Source: Octopus sinensis (taxonomy: Eukaryota). From it: a DNA stretch of 64,000 nucleotides. The notes under the pieces were generated by a model that did no database searches, had not been told where the DNA came from, and saw nothing but the letters and a program-made list of their open reading frames with translations. This document shows, in pieces, positions 38,440 to 51,489 of this stretch (positions are counted from its first letter, which is position 1; every line of letters begins with the position of its first letter). Where the stretch lies: the NCBI RefSeq assembly GCF_006345805.1, contig NC_043008.1, positions 66,774,001-66,838,000 on the forward strand, given 5' to 3'. A program made the position numbers and the translations under genes.

Positions 38440-38880
38440 TTTCCAGTAACTATAATGGTTTTAGAAGTGGTGAATACCTCACATCTTGTCTTGGAATTAA
38501 TGTTACTGGATACGTTGAAGTGCTAGAGACAGTTTTTAAGCACTGGATGGTTGAAGTATGCAGTGGAAGGCCATATGCACCTCAACAAGATCCAGTACCT
38601 TTTCACAAAACCCACGTAAGCCAAGAATGGATATGAGCCAGTCTGTTAGATAAAACCAACACCAAAAGCCTCCAAACCCGCCAGATTTAAACCCTATAGA
38701 CAACGTTTGCGGGTGTTGTTGAAAGGGAGATTAATTGACATCTTCACAATACTTGACTGAAGGCCGCCATTGTCCAGGGGATGTCCGAAATGAATATGGA
38801 CCATTCAGTGCTGGCATTTCAATGATTCCGGTCCTGCATTGAAGTAGTAACCGAAGCTGAAGACGGATTCATAGAATTGT
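38440..38880 (+). pseudogene. maT/DD37D-like (Tc1/mariner superfamily) transposase fragment
   Basis: KFPVTIMVL...YVEVLETVFKHWM..VCSGRPY..QQD...PPNPPDLNPID...GVVEREIN...LKAAIVQGMS...FRSCIEVVTEAEDGFIE, with stops and frameshifts. Same family as 43989-45175. Confidence 0.75.
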
Positions 38881-39719
38881 CGGCCTGGCTTGATTATTCA
38901 TAGAATTGTCGGTCCGGTTTATTTCTTAATTTGGTATGGAGTTTAGCTGCGTGCTGTCCCATGTTAAAACAAGCTCCCAACGGTGTTTGATAAACATTTA
39001 TTTATACATTTGTGTATCACAATATTTACATAATTATACAGATCCTTGCCAGGGCTGTATTGCGGTTTGCCGGTAGTAAATGGAGTTCATAGTTAATAAC
39101 AGATAAGAATGGCTTCATGTGAGGGGCAGGAAAATATTCTGTTCTTCATTGTCGACGATTCATTTAACTTGGGGTTGAATAGCAGCCATGAAGCTAATCT
39201 TCTTACAGACTTGTTATCCGTGTCACCTATGTGCGCCTTTGGTGTGTTTGACCTCACCTTCACTTTTATAACCACCATTTACGCGGGAACATCTGGAACA
39301 TACGGGTTGATATGCAGCAAAATGACTGGTTAGTATTCAGGCAGCCGCCTGATCCTAGTTACAAAACCTACACGGTTTCGAATCTAGACCTCCGTACAGA
39401 ATAATCTTATGAGAAAACTAATCGAGAAAATGTGCACACATTTTCATTAAAGTGCATTAGATTTTTACTGGACTAGAATCGTTTTATTAAATTACCAAAT
39501 ATGTCTTCAAATATCTCTTACATCCTCTGTATGATTAATACCGATATGAATAAAAGCAGAAGTTGATAAAGGATAGTGAAAACAATGTATACAAAGCGCG
39601 GGAACTAAAATATGAAACTAAAATATGAAACTAAAATACTGCACGTACAGAAGGCACACAGAGCTGCGCTCGGTTGAGCAATGAAAGTGTGCAAAATAAT
39701 AATAATAATAATAATAATA

Positions 39720-39771
<52 letters not shown>

Positions 39772-39772
<1 letters not shown>

Positions 39773-40166
39773 TCAAGACCTACCAAAAACTGAGTAAATA
39801 TAAAGATCTTGAAATAGAAATCAGCAAAATGTGGAACCTGAAAACTAAAACAATACCTGTTGTCATAGGTGCCCTGGGAATGATAGCTACCTAACTCAGA
39901 TATCAGGAAACCCCAAAATGGCAGAAATTCAAAAGATTGTGCTCATGGGAACTGCTCATATCCTACACAAAATACTTTCTATGTAATCTCAAGTTTTAAA
40001 ACAAACATATTTTTCGTTTTTTTTAGACATTCACTAGTACAACACTAAATACAAAACCAAATATATGGTACACTAGGCATAACAACATCACGAACTTCCA
40101 ACCTGTTGTCTCTTGAGGTCTCTGGGTAAAACTTGGAGCCAACTTGTACAAATATAAAGCAAAACA

Positions 40167-40167
<1 letters not shown>
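39772..40167 (+). mobile_element. R4/Dong-clade non-LTR retrotransposon, 3' end
   Basis: YQKLSKYKDLEIEISKMWNLKTKTIPVVIGALGMI...AEIQKIVLMGTAHILHKILSM* (RLE domain C-terminus, stop at 39984) plus the 3' UTR. Both flanks are (AAT)n. Confidence 0.88.
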
Positions 40168-40220
<53 letters not shown>

Positions 40221-40249
40221 TAAATAAATAAATAAATAAGGACAATTAA

Positions 40250-40457
40250 AACAATCCTTTCTAGGCACAAGGCTTGAAATATTTGAGAGGTTAGTTGATT
40301 ACATTGACTCCAGTGTTTAACTTGTACTTATTTCATCGACCCCGAAAAGGATGAAAGGCAAAGTCGACTTAGCGGAATTTGAACTTAGGACATAAAAGAT
40401 GGATGAAATGCCACAAAATATTTTGTCCGACGCGGTAACGATACTGCCAGCTCACCG
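40250..40457 (-). mobile_element. SINE family B
   Basis: Central domain and head. Confidence 0.8.
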
Positions 40458-40459
40458 CT

Positions 40460-40463
40460 AATT

Positions 40464-40551
<88 letters not shown>

Positions 40552-40553
40552 TT
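40460..40553. repeat. (TTTC)n microsatellite
   Basis: Directly visible. Confidence 0.95.
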
Positions 40554-40661
40554 ACTACAGAGGTAAATGGCCTCAAATTTGGTGTTGAGAAGGGTGAGGT
40601 CTAAAAGATAATTGGTAAAGTTTACGCTGTCGGGTTTGAACAAAATATTTTTCGTGATATA

Positions 40662-40822
40662 GGCTTGGGAGTGGCTGTGTGGTAAGTAGCTTGCTTACCA
40701 ACCACATGGTTCCGGGTTCAGTCCCACTGCGTGGCACCTTGTTCTACTATAGCCTCGGGCCGACCAAAGGCTTGTGAGTGGATTTGGTAGACGGAAACTG
40801 AAAGAAGCCCGTCGTATATATG

Positions 40823-40860
<38 letters not shown>

Positions 40861-41072
40861 AATGTATGTTTGTGTGTCTGTGTTTGTCCCCCCAACATCA
40901 CTTGACAACCGATGCTGGTGTGTTTACGTCCCCGTAACTTAGCGGTTCGGCAAAAAGAGACCGATAGAATAAGTACTAGGCTTACAAAGAATAAGTCCTG
41001 GGGGCGATTTCCTCGACTAAAGACGGTGCTCCAGCATGGCCACAGTCAAATGACTGAAACAAGTAAAAGAGT
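40662..41072 (+). mobile_element. SINE family A, full length
   Basis: Complete copy. Confidence 0.9.
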
Positions 41073-42379
41073 ATGACATGGTTAGATAAATTGCATAGGG
41101 CTCACAACACTCGCTAAAAACAACGACGATGACAATAACAATAGCAATTACAACACTGTCTTGTGTAGTAATCAAGATAACTGAACCAGTCAATGAGTTT
41201 GCCTTTGCGTGGTTGATCGACCAAATCTCTCTCTCAAATTACATATGAACGGCGAGGGACAATGGATAATGTAGTCTTGGATACGAAATATACGACAGAA
41301 AGCGGTGTGGTCAAGCGGCAATATTTTTTTTTTATCACCACGGGTCTACTCAACCAGGTATGACTCAGTTGTGAGTGTTTATTGAGCAAAAACATCGAAG
41401 CTCCACGAGGTTCCGGCGTGTGGCGGGGGCAACCCCGCTGTACTCTTTCACCACAACTTCCTCTCACTCTTTCTTCCTACTTCTGCCACAAAGCAGAAGA
41501 ACCACGGTGTAACCCACTATGGTGTGGTAAACTTTCAGACCCTAGTCTAGATTGCGAATCCTCTGTACCCCAGGATGGTTCAGCTCTCCACCCGTTAAAA
41601 GCCACCGTTTACGGAATGAGGATAACAACGTAGTTTTCGCGCCCGTGCAACCGCCAGTCTATCGCATGTGGTTGGTGAATCTTCAAGTTGCCACACGCAT
41701 TTTTAGTAGCTTAGAGTAGGCTCGAATTAGAGATTATTCTTTGTGGCTAATTGTGTGAGTCCTGATTGGAAGAACAAGAAGAAGACAACAACAGTTACTA
41801 CTACAACAATTCATAGCACAGTTATTTATTGAAATAACTCAGTGTATTGTCATCAATATGTAGAAATGGCATGTAAACGATGGCATTGCGAGTTCAATCG
41901 ATAGGTTAGCTACTTAATTATAGATGTGGGGCAATTATAATGTGATAGCTTTATTAAGTGGTGAACAAATATTTAAACATACTTAGTCTTCTTACACAAA
42001 ATATACACTTGCAATCTCCCCCTTCTCTCTCTCTCTCGCCTTTTCTTTTTCTGCTGCTCATTACATCTGCGTTCATTTATCTGTCTTTTATATTTCTTTC
42101 ATTGTCTAGCTGTCTTGTATGTATGCATGCATGTATGTATGTATGTATGTATGATGTATGTATGTATGTATGTATGTATGTATGTATGTATGGCAGTTTG
42201 TGTCTATGTATGCATGTATGTATGTATGTATATGCATACATACATACGCATACATATATGAGTATATATGTGTGTGTGTACATAGCAACTAGACAACAGT
42301 AATACAGGGTGGGGCAAAAGCTACGCACCAAAACATTTGATATTTCAAGTATATTACGTTACTCTTATTATCGGGGGGC

Positions 42380-43690
42380 TATAATTAACAATAAATAGCG
42401 GTCCGCTCTGAAAAGGGCGATTAAAAGACAATCGATAAGGTTCAGCAAAGGACTAGCAGTTGAAAGAAACAGAATAGAGACAGGGTTAGTCAAAAAGTTA
42501 GACGAGGCTTTTAGAAAAGGCATCGACCGTGCTCGCAGCGAAATTGGCACTCGACTAATTCTTCAACGCGAAACACGATGGTTGAGTTGTTAGAGCTAAG
42601 GTACGAGCACTTAGACACGAAAGGACGAAAGCCGTTCAATGGGCCAGAGTGATTGAGGCACGGCGTGGCAATAAATCCACGATCCGATTCTTGCTGAGCC
42701 ACGACGGGCAAATGATAACTTATCCGAGACAGTTGTGTGCGGCCTTTCAGCAGAGCTTCGCTCAACTGTTCGAGAGGCGGAGCGTTGTGAAAGGCCAATA
42801 ACAGTCTTTGAAATACGGGAAGCAATGGCTAATTGCACAATGGGTAAATCGCCTCATTTAGATGGTCTGCCTTACAAACTTTACGCTTACATGCCAGACT
42901 TGTTCGGTGGCCTCTTAGCAGACGTTTACTACAACTGGCAACAAAATGGAAGAACTCCCAATTTTTTGAGCCGAGGAGCGGTGGCGTTGCTGAGAAAAGA
43001 CCCGAACAAGGGGATTGTATTGACAACTTTAGGCCCATAACTTTGCTGAATGCAGAATTCAAAATTTTGGTCAAAGTGTTAGCTACGAGATTGGTGCTTG
43101 TTTTAGGGTATCTAGTAGGGGAGGCATTTACATGTGCCATCCCGAAAAGATCCATCCACGACATCCTCCAGCTCATGCGAAAATGGATAAAGAACCTGGC
43201 ATGAGTAAGGCCCTGATCAATTTAGATCAGTCTAAAGCTTTCGTTAGGGTCGACCATCTATACCTGGCGGCGGTCCTCAAAGTAGCTGGTATCGAGCCTG
43301 TGTTCAGGGGCCGGATCGCTGCAACGTACAGCGTCATCTGTCCAGTGGTCAGAGAGAATGGTCACCTCTCAGAGCCGTTCAACATCATGCACTCGGTCCG
43401 GCAAGGTTACCCCTCTCGTCTCTCTTGTATATACTGACTCTCGAGCCACTACTACACAAACTGGAGGCATTGTGAGACATCTCGCGTGACCTAGGATGTG
43501 GGAGATGTGTGTCGGCACATGCCGACGACTTCACCGTAGTGGTATCAGATCATAAACACATAGAAAAGATCGGCACCGCTCACAGGGACTACGAAGCGGT
43601 TTCAGGAGTGGCGATTAACCAGGAAAAATCAGTAGGCTTGCGGCTCGGCACCTGGAGAAGCAAGACCACGCCGTTCAACTGCATGATAAA
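42380..43690 (+). pseudogene. L1/Tx1-clade reverse transcriptase fragment, decayed
   Basis: EIREAMANCTMGKSPHLDGLPYKLY...FRPITLLNAEFKIL.KVLATRL...LINLDQSKAF.RVDH.YL..VL...SVRQG.P...SAHADDFTV...YEAVSG..INQEKSVGL, across several frames. Confidence 0.88.
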
Positions 43691-43857
43691 CGTCTCAACC
43701 AGTCAACATGTAACTTAATGTCCTTTCTCCCTGATAATATTCCACTCAAAATCTTCATTTGAGTGTGAATTGAAACAATTGGAGGCTATGTTAATTAATA
43801 TATTAATGTTATCCATTAAATCTCTCCAATTTCTGGCTTAATAATACACACACACAT

Positions 43858-43913
<56 letters not shown>

Positions 43914-43988
43914 ACACACACACACACATGCATGTATGCATGTATATATGTATGTATGTATGTATGTTTGTATGTATGTATGTATATA

Positions 43989-45175
43989 AAGGGTGCGAGA
44001 GGTATTTGAGGACATATTTGGTAATTTAATAAAACAATTCAAATCTAGCAAGGACCGTAATGTACTTTAATGAAAATTTGTGTGCATGTTCTCGATAAGC
44101 TTTCTGATAAGATTATTCTATAAATTCACCCTCAACTTCAATGCAGGATCAGAATCATTGACATGCTTGCACACTGAATGGTCCTTATTCTTGAGAAACA
44201 TCACCTGGATAATGGGGGCCTTCAATGAAGCTATGAGGATGTCAATTAGTTTCCCTTTCAGCAAAGTCTAAAACATAGTAGTCCATAAGATTTAAATCTG
44301 GTAGAAATTGTCTAACATCCATTTTTGGCGTACACTGGCTCTGTGAGGACGTGCTGAGTGTTGTTGAGATACATATGTCCTTCCACTGCGTACTTCATCC
44401 ATCCAGGGCTTAACAACCGTCTCGAGCGCCTCGACGTATCTAACAACACTAATTTTAAAATCCTGTGGAAAAATGTAAAATAACATGACATGATCTTCCT
44501 TACTCACTACTCCTAAAACCATCGCAGTAGTTGAAAACTTAATTGCATTTGTACATAACCATCCGTCATTTCTCCCTCCAGACTTTTGGCTTTGATCGAA
44601 GTTTTTCTCATCAGAGAATAACCAAAGAATGCCATGTTCGTGGGAAGTTTTAAACCTTGGTAAGTAACAGCCTAGCATGGATCAAATGGTTTTCTTGAAT
44701 CTGTAGACATGAATTGGCCTCTCCTTGGTACATACGATACATGCGACTTGTATAGGATGTCCTCGTGTACCACAGTTTTGATAATCCACTCCGATACCAG
44801 AAGTCCTTTGTCGATAGCCCTCGTTGATTTTCCAGGATTATCATCGATAATGTTTGAACCCGTTGAATGAATTGCGTTGTCCATATAGTTTAGAATGTGT
44901 TTTCTTTTGATATAATTGAAACACTCCCGTCAGAGGTTTCCATTTCCATCCGAACCTTGTGTACAAGCGACCTTGCAAGATTTAGAAAGTCGATAATTTC
45001 TAAATCACTGTTCTCCACATGTGACAATAATGACTGCATGTCTTTACATTTCTTGTGCTAGCATTTTATCTGCCATGAAGGATATGAAAAAAAAAAAATA
45101 ATGAAAATCTTTTAATTGATTTGAGGAGATTAATATACTGATAATTAAGTGTGCTCAAATATCCCTCGCACTTGC
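43989..45175 (-). mobile_element. maT/DD37D-like transposon, near full length, decayed
   Basis: Imperfect TIRs (GTGCGAG.G.TATTTGAG.ACA) with TA flanks. Minus-strand translation WLFSDEKNFDQ...RNDGWL...MVLGVVSKE...YVEALETVVKPWMDEVRSGRTYVSQQHSA. Confidence 0.85.
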
Positions 45176-45249
45176 TAGAGTCTTTACTTGCCGTCATCTT
45201 AAACACTACATTCTCTCGTCCCTTTATCAACTTAGAACTTCGTTTGTTT

Positions 45250-46680
45250 GTTCTTTTTCCGATAATTTCCGTGGATGGTACTCAGTCCTATTAATACTTA
45301 CAATTATTTTTTAACTCGGCGTCTCTTTTATATTTGTTGACATCCTTAAAAATAAATAACTGTTTATTTCTGTGTTGTTCGTACAATCTTACTAGTTATT
45401 TAACTTCATTCTTTGTCAAATATTTTTGTTGTCTTACAATGGATGTTTTACTTCCATTTTTTTAGTTTCCTAAAGTTCTATCTTCATGTATTCACTGTTA
45501 ATATAATCTCTGTTTCGGATTTTCAGATGTTAAGAATATAATTATAAATTATTTCTGGAATAGCCAGAGTATTGATGCATATTACCTTATTGGTATGTTA
45601 TATATATTAATCTAATATGTCTGTAATAGTCCCTCCTAAACTTTTCTTTCGCTTGTGCGTGTTATATTCTGTTTAACTCATTAACTCCCAAGTATTTGTA
45701 CGTCTGTATTTGGTCTAATCATTTTATCTCTGTATCATATCTAACTTAATATTAGTATTCTTAATTAATTTTCCTCTCTTCAAGGCTAACTTTCCGCATT
45801 ATTCTAATCCAATCTCATATCAGTAGTAGTAAATTTGTGTTCTGTCTGTAGCAGTGTTTTTACTTGTTTAGCCTCTTCAGCGTACAGTCTGAGGTCATTC
45901 ATAAGCAAAAGGTTGGTGATTGTCTCCCCATAGCAATTAAAGATGTCGGTGTCAAGTAAAAATTGAGCGAAGAGAGAAAGTCCGTTTTGAATATTCCTCT
46001 TCTAAAATGCATGCAATTTGTCTGCAACTACAAAATTGTTTACTCCATACCATGTTTACTGTACCTACTTCTGCAATCTTATTCAAGGTTAATGCTTTCA
46101 GAATCCTCTTAAGTGTAATACTGTCAAAATCCATTTAGTATCAATAACAACAAAGCAGTACAACAGTTAATAATCAAGATAACCATACAAGATATTCATT
46201 GAGTGAGTCCCTAAGTGGTTGCTCAGCCTGCTAAAAATGGCAACTAAATCTCTCTGGTTTTCTAGCTTTGTCAGTATCTCATTTAATCTGTCTGTTAGAA
46301 TTTTGTATGTCTCTAATCAATATTTTAATTAGATGTTTACAATCTTATCATATCATGGTGCCTTCTAGTTTGCTTTCACTATGTGGGGCCATTTCTGTTC
46401 TCATGTCCTTCCAGTTTGTTATGATGGAAGGCCAAAGTCATTCCTTCGTTATTTATTCTCCTACTTCTACTTCTCTTGCCGGTGCATTAATATTTATTTT
46501 TTACCATTTTTATCTTTATCATATTTTTATTTTCACCAAGTTCTTGATAAAGTCTTTTTTAGTTTGAGTTGAACACTTTTGTTTTATTCAAAGAATCGTT
46601 GTGGTTTTTCATATCAACCGATTCTTTGTGATTCTCAAATAGCTTCAGAAGTTCTTTGATTATGTATACGTTTTTTGTAT
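45250..46680 (-). pseudogene. R4-clade RT region, heavily decayed
   Basis: Minus-strand remnants NLLLINDLRLYA (LLYMDDLKLYA-like), YKYLGVNE and AKEKFRRDYYRH. Confidence 0.55.
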
Positions 46681-46684
46681 TATA

Positions 46685-47448
46685 TCAGGTCATCCCATAA
46701 GTTCTGTCCGATTTTACCTTTTTTAAAAATTGAATGAAATTTAATAGTATCTTAAAATGTCTAATGGAATTAAAAATTATTTTTATGCATTTGTGTACAT
46801 TTAAACTAATTAAATTTTATTTTACAGAATAATAGAATTAAAATTCCTTTGATTGAAACCTTTTCTAACATGGAAGTATCCAAAGAGCATTTAAGGCACA
46901 TAATGCTTTATGAGTATTCATGAGGCATCCATTTTCCAAGTTTAGGAACCTTTCCAAGTTGTTGAAGATGACAATGAACAGTTGTATGGTTTGAACTAAA
47001 CTTTATTGCCAATTCTTCAACTGATAATGCAGGATTTTCTTCAAGGAGCTTATCATCAAACTCAACTGGACGTCCTGTTCGATCTTCATCTTCAAGGCTG
47101 AAATCTCCACTTCTGAATTTTGCAAACCATCTTCTGCAATTTTTTCATTCAAGTATTCTTTCCCATGAACTGAATGTATGCTTCGAGTCGCTTCAGCTGC
47201 AGAGTTTCCTTTTTTGTACTCATAAAGCATTATGTGCCTCAAATGCTCTTTGGATACTTCCACGTTAGAAAGGGTTTTAATCAAAGAAATTTTTATTCGA
47301 TTATTCTGTAAAATAAAATTTAATTAGTTTAAATGTACACAAATGCATAAAAATAATTTTTAATTCCATAAGACATTCTAAAAAGACTATTAAATTTCAT
47401 TCAATTTTGAAAAAGGTAAAATCGAACAGATCTTATGGGATGACCTGA
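46685..47448. mobile_element. mariner derivative capped at both ends by the left end (764 bp)
   Basis: About 230-bp inverted repeats starting TCAGGTCATCCCATAAG with TA flanks. The minus strand encodes EVSKEHLRHIMLYEYKKGNSAAEATR...WFAKFRSGDFSLEDEDRTGRP...LGKWMPHE and then joins an inverted copy of the 5' end. Confidence 0.9.
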
Positions 47449-47639
47449 TAACAATATTAATCTATGTTAGAATACCAGACCAAACTCCTACCAATCACAT
47501 TGTAGCATCTTGAAAACTGAAGAGCAAATGGAATAGATGTTGTTCTAGCGACACCAAATGCGGTATGGTCATGGGCCGAAACCGATTTGATCATTGCGTA
47601 TTTAGGAGTTTCTAGGATTACATTTCTAAAGTATCGTTT

Positions 47640-48420
47640 CCTTCTTTAAAACGCTGATGAATGGTTGAAGGGAAATTTGACTATTATGTCTTGTGAGTCA
47701 AGCGACAACGTAGTGGTGCCTTAGAGTAAAAGCAACAATATCAATTGATGTTCTTAATGATATTTCTTTATGTGTATCGTTAGCTTGCAGTACAGAGTTC
47801 GACTCTTGCTATAGCTGAGACTAGAAGCCGACCCAATCTGCAAGAGATAACAGCTAAATTCCCCTCAAACCACTGACTATAGATATCAATAAATATTTAA
47901 ATACACATTGGGCAGTGTTGCTTGTTTCTGATATACAGGACCGATGAGAAAATTGCAAGACCACTTTTGACAATTGATCTGCTCGATTAGATCTTTCTCG
48001 AAGCTAGACAACAGCAGTAGCAGTAGCAGTAGCAGTAGCAGCAGCAGTAGCTGTAACAGCAGCAACAAGAATAGGAACTGGGTTCCACTGGTGTTGTTTA
48101 TAACTTCGCAGGACTAGTCACGCCTCTGTATTGTTTAATAAGAGACAAGTAGTGTAGGTCAAACTTAGCAAAATCTGAGAAGTATCAAATTTCACTTGCT
48201 AGTGAAGGAACCCGTACAAAGGTCCCCGAGCAGCTGAAAATTGTAGCAAAATCTCCTTCTAATCATTACGCACTACTCACTCTCAACTGTTTTAAACAAA
48301 GTAAAACACACTGGGTAATGTAATCCCTGATGTATAAATCGATGGGATGTCCATGATTGGAATACGTTTGACAAGAGATTTGTTCGATCAGTGTTGATAT
48401 GGGGCTAAACAGCAACAACG
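47640..48420. mobile_element. Cluster of degenerate SINE-like family G copies with (CAG/CAA)n tails
   Basis: Recurrent gcaagaaataacagctaaat.tccctcaaa motif at 47840 and 48225 (plus) and 47670 (minus). The same motif occurs at about 8340, 16640, 33820, 41200 and 46230. Confidence 0.55.
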
Positions 48421-49088
48421 ACGACAGTAACAATAGCCACAGCCACAACAACAATAGCAGCATACAACTGCAATTGCAACAACAGCAACAATGGTAACCG
48501 CAACAATAACTACAACCACAATAACAACAACAATAGCAACACAACCCTAATTCTCATGTGGACCAAACCTTGAAATAAGAAATAATCTGCAGTAACACAT
48601 CGATATCGCTGTACAATACTGATTGTCGCAAGCCTGGAACAAAAAAACACGTGATTGTAATAACACGTGGTCTCTCTCTCTCTCTCTCTCTCTCTCCCCC
48701 CCTCTCTCTCTCTCTCTCTCTTTCTCTCTCTGATTGGTTAATAAACATTTTTAGTTGCTTGTTGATGATCCAGTTTTTTTTATTTTTCTCATTACGTTAT
48801 TTCATTGAAAAATCATTTCTGTTGAGCCATACCTTAACTTTAGCAAATAGAATTACTAGAATTTTACATGGCTGCTGGTAACACTCTAATGATCTGCCAT
48901 TTATTGAGGGCAATAAATGGCAAATCGATAGAGAGGCGGACAAACATCCGTCGCCATATTACGTATGTTCACTTTACGTCCGAACTTCAAGTGCCACGTT
49001 GATTTGTTTTCACTTTCTTACCTTCGGGTTCGATAAATAATAATAATAATAATAATAACAACAATAATAATAATGATGATGATGATGG

Positions 49089-49119
<31 letters not shown>

Positions 49120-49202
49120 GATGATAATAATAATAATAACAACAACAACAATAATAATTTTTCCGGCAACTTATTGCATAATTCTTGCGTAATTGTTCGT
49201 CA

Positions 49203-49306
<104 letters not shown>

Positions 49307-49428
49307 GAAACCTCACAGCTTATTTTGTTGGGTATGATGGAAAGTGTCAGCTATCCACAGCTAGCAGACTAGGGTGACACTTCTTTACTGGTCATGCTTC
49401 AAGAACCCTGCGAAGAATTCTTGCACTG

Positions 49429-50100
49429 ATGCCCTACACTTGCCCATCACGAACGAATGCCCTACGCTTGCCCATCACAAGCGAATGCCCTACACTTGCC
49501 CCAAACCACGACAAGTTTTGGTGACACGATCAGGTAACGAAAGTGCTACACTGGAAACTGTGTGAAAAGTGGAGGCGAGAGAGAGAGGCAAGACGTCTTG
49601 AGCACAAACTGCAGAGACTGGCGGAGTCGGAGACTAGCAAAATCTTCTGGGATTTCCCAATTTAAACAGATCAGGTGCTAGAACATAACAGACCGGACCT
49701 AGTGGTGGTGGACAAGGTGCTCCACATTTACCATATAGTTGATGCTGCATGTCTTTTTGATCAAGGAATAGTCAAGAAAGAAAGTGGAATATAGATAAAT
49801 ACATTCCTCTTAAATATGAAATAGCCTGGCTATCGAAATAGAAGGTGAAGATAGTGCCAATTTTACTGGGTCCTTGGGAACAGTATCAGAAGGCACGAAG
49901 GGGAATGTAAAAGGAATTGGAATAGAGCGCCCAGTAGAACTGTTACAAAAGGTTTACCTCCTTGGCACGTCCAGAATAATCATGAAAGTATTAGATAGCT
50001 GAAAAGGACGGATAGCATGGTACCATAGGCTGCAGGTAGCAAGCCCAATACGTATGCAAGACCCCAAGAGCTCCAACAAAACATGCGATAAAGAGAAATG
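49429..50100 (+). pseudogene. R4-clade element, second subfamily, CCHC-RLE 3' end
   Basis: ECPTLA...HDQVTKVLHWKLCEKW...ILWDFPI*TD.VLEHNRPDLVVVDK...IVDAAC...VKIVPI.LGSLGTVS...LQKVYLLGTSRIIMKVLDS* followed by an (ATA)n tail. Confidence 0.8.
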
Positions 50101-50224
50101 ATAATAATAAAATTCCAGCGATGAGGATTAACTCTGGATCCCCCCATCCCATATAGTTCGTGAATTTAGAGGGTTTAGATTTGCTATACTATCCTTTTAT
50201 TTCCCAGATGGGCAGATTACTAAA

Positions 50225-50397
50225 GATTCCGCTCGCGCATTCACTGCAAATAAAGCTCAGGGCCAGACTTTAGATCACGGAGGTGTATTTTTACCCTCTC
50301 TGATGTTTACGTCGCTATGAGTCGAGCAACGGATTCCAGTAATTTGAAAACTAGTGTCGACCAAACAGAAAATATCGTCTACAAAGAAGTTTTGTAA
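50225..50397 (+). pseudogene. Helitron PIF1-like helicase C-terminal fragment
   Basis: AFTANKAQGQTLDHGGVFL.../VYVAMSRAT...TENIVYKEVL* matches helicase motifs V-VI and the typical NIVYKEVL end. Confidence 0.8.
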
Positions 50398-50559
50398 TCA
50401 TATTGATATTATCGAAAGGAATATGATTCATAATTTAAATGAAGAAAATTGTGAACTCTGTATGTATAAGAGTATAAACAAGCATAAAATAGTGTAAACA
50501 ACTAAAATAAAAGTATATCTAAATAACATTTTTTTCTTGATACTTTTTATGTCGTGCTC

Positions 50560-50760
50560 GACGGAAGCTCTGGCTTTCGTTAGGAGTGGTCCACATAACC
50601 ATTCATGATACAGAGGCTGGGAGCCTATTTCAGTCCGGGAGTGAATTGTCATCACATGTCACTTAGTCGCAAACACATGTCATATCGCTTGTGATTTCTC
50701 TAAAGACACCACCCAGTAATCTATCAAGCCTATTTACACATTTCTCAATACATACTACTG
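50560..50760 (-). mobile_element. Penelope-like 3' relic with degenerate hammerhead
   Basis: Minus strand CIEKCVNRLDRLLG..REITS (GIY-YIG C-terminus-like), then ctctg..TCATGA-tggt...acca..GAAA-gc-cagag. Confidence 0.35.
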
Positions 50761-50809
50761 TTAGGAATTCCCTCCCTCGTTTTATACCTCCATTGTAGAT
50801 GGGTAGATT

Positions 50810-50854
50810 TGCTAATAATAATAATATAATAATAATAATAATGATAATATTAAT

Positions 50855-50888
<34 letters not shown>

Positions 50889-50897
50889 GTAATAGTA

Positions 50898-50947
<50 letters not shown>

Positions 50948-51105
50948 TATTATTATTATTATTATTATATTATTATTATAATAATGATAATAATGATGAT
51001 AATAATAATAATAATAATAAAATAATAATAATAATAATAATAATGATAATAATGATAATAATGATGATAATGATAATAATAATAATAATAATAATTATTA
51101 TATTA

Positions 51106-51144
<39 letters not shown>

Positions 51145-51174
51145 CATCATTTTATTATTATTATTATTATTATT
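50810..51174. repeat. (AAT)n/(ATT)n tract with strand switches
   Basis: Directly visible. A similar tract lies at 49035-49305. Confidence 0.95.
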
Positions 51175-51388
51175 GAGTGAGCGAGCAGAGCATGCCATCA
51201 AAGTGACACTGGGGTAAAATATACGAAGCCCAGTATACCCATCATGACTACCCGTCTGATAAGGGTACACCAGGCACATGCATCACAACCATATGTGCGC
51301 GACATGGTGATCTCATATCAAGATAAACAGCACATGACCTTGCAGGTGGAGCCCAGTTAGAATTTTCTTCAGATCGAGTAACCCATCC
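51175..51388 (-). mobile_element. Unclassified non-coding short repeat inserted in a (TAA)n tract
   Basis: 214 bp flanked on both sides by (ATT)n, with no tRNA boxes and no ORF. Confidence 0.5.
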
Positions 51389-51467
<79 letters not shown>

Positions 51468-51489
51468 CATCATCATTATTATTATTATT

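Noticed and set aside
41300-41696. Possible TGTGG...CCACA solo LTR
   Set aside because: No target-site duplication at any candidate end.
42304-42360. TA-CAGGGTGGGGCAAAAG Tc1/mariner-like TIR start
   Set aside because: No partner TIR or transposase nearby, so it is only an isolated end.
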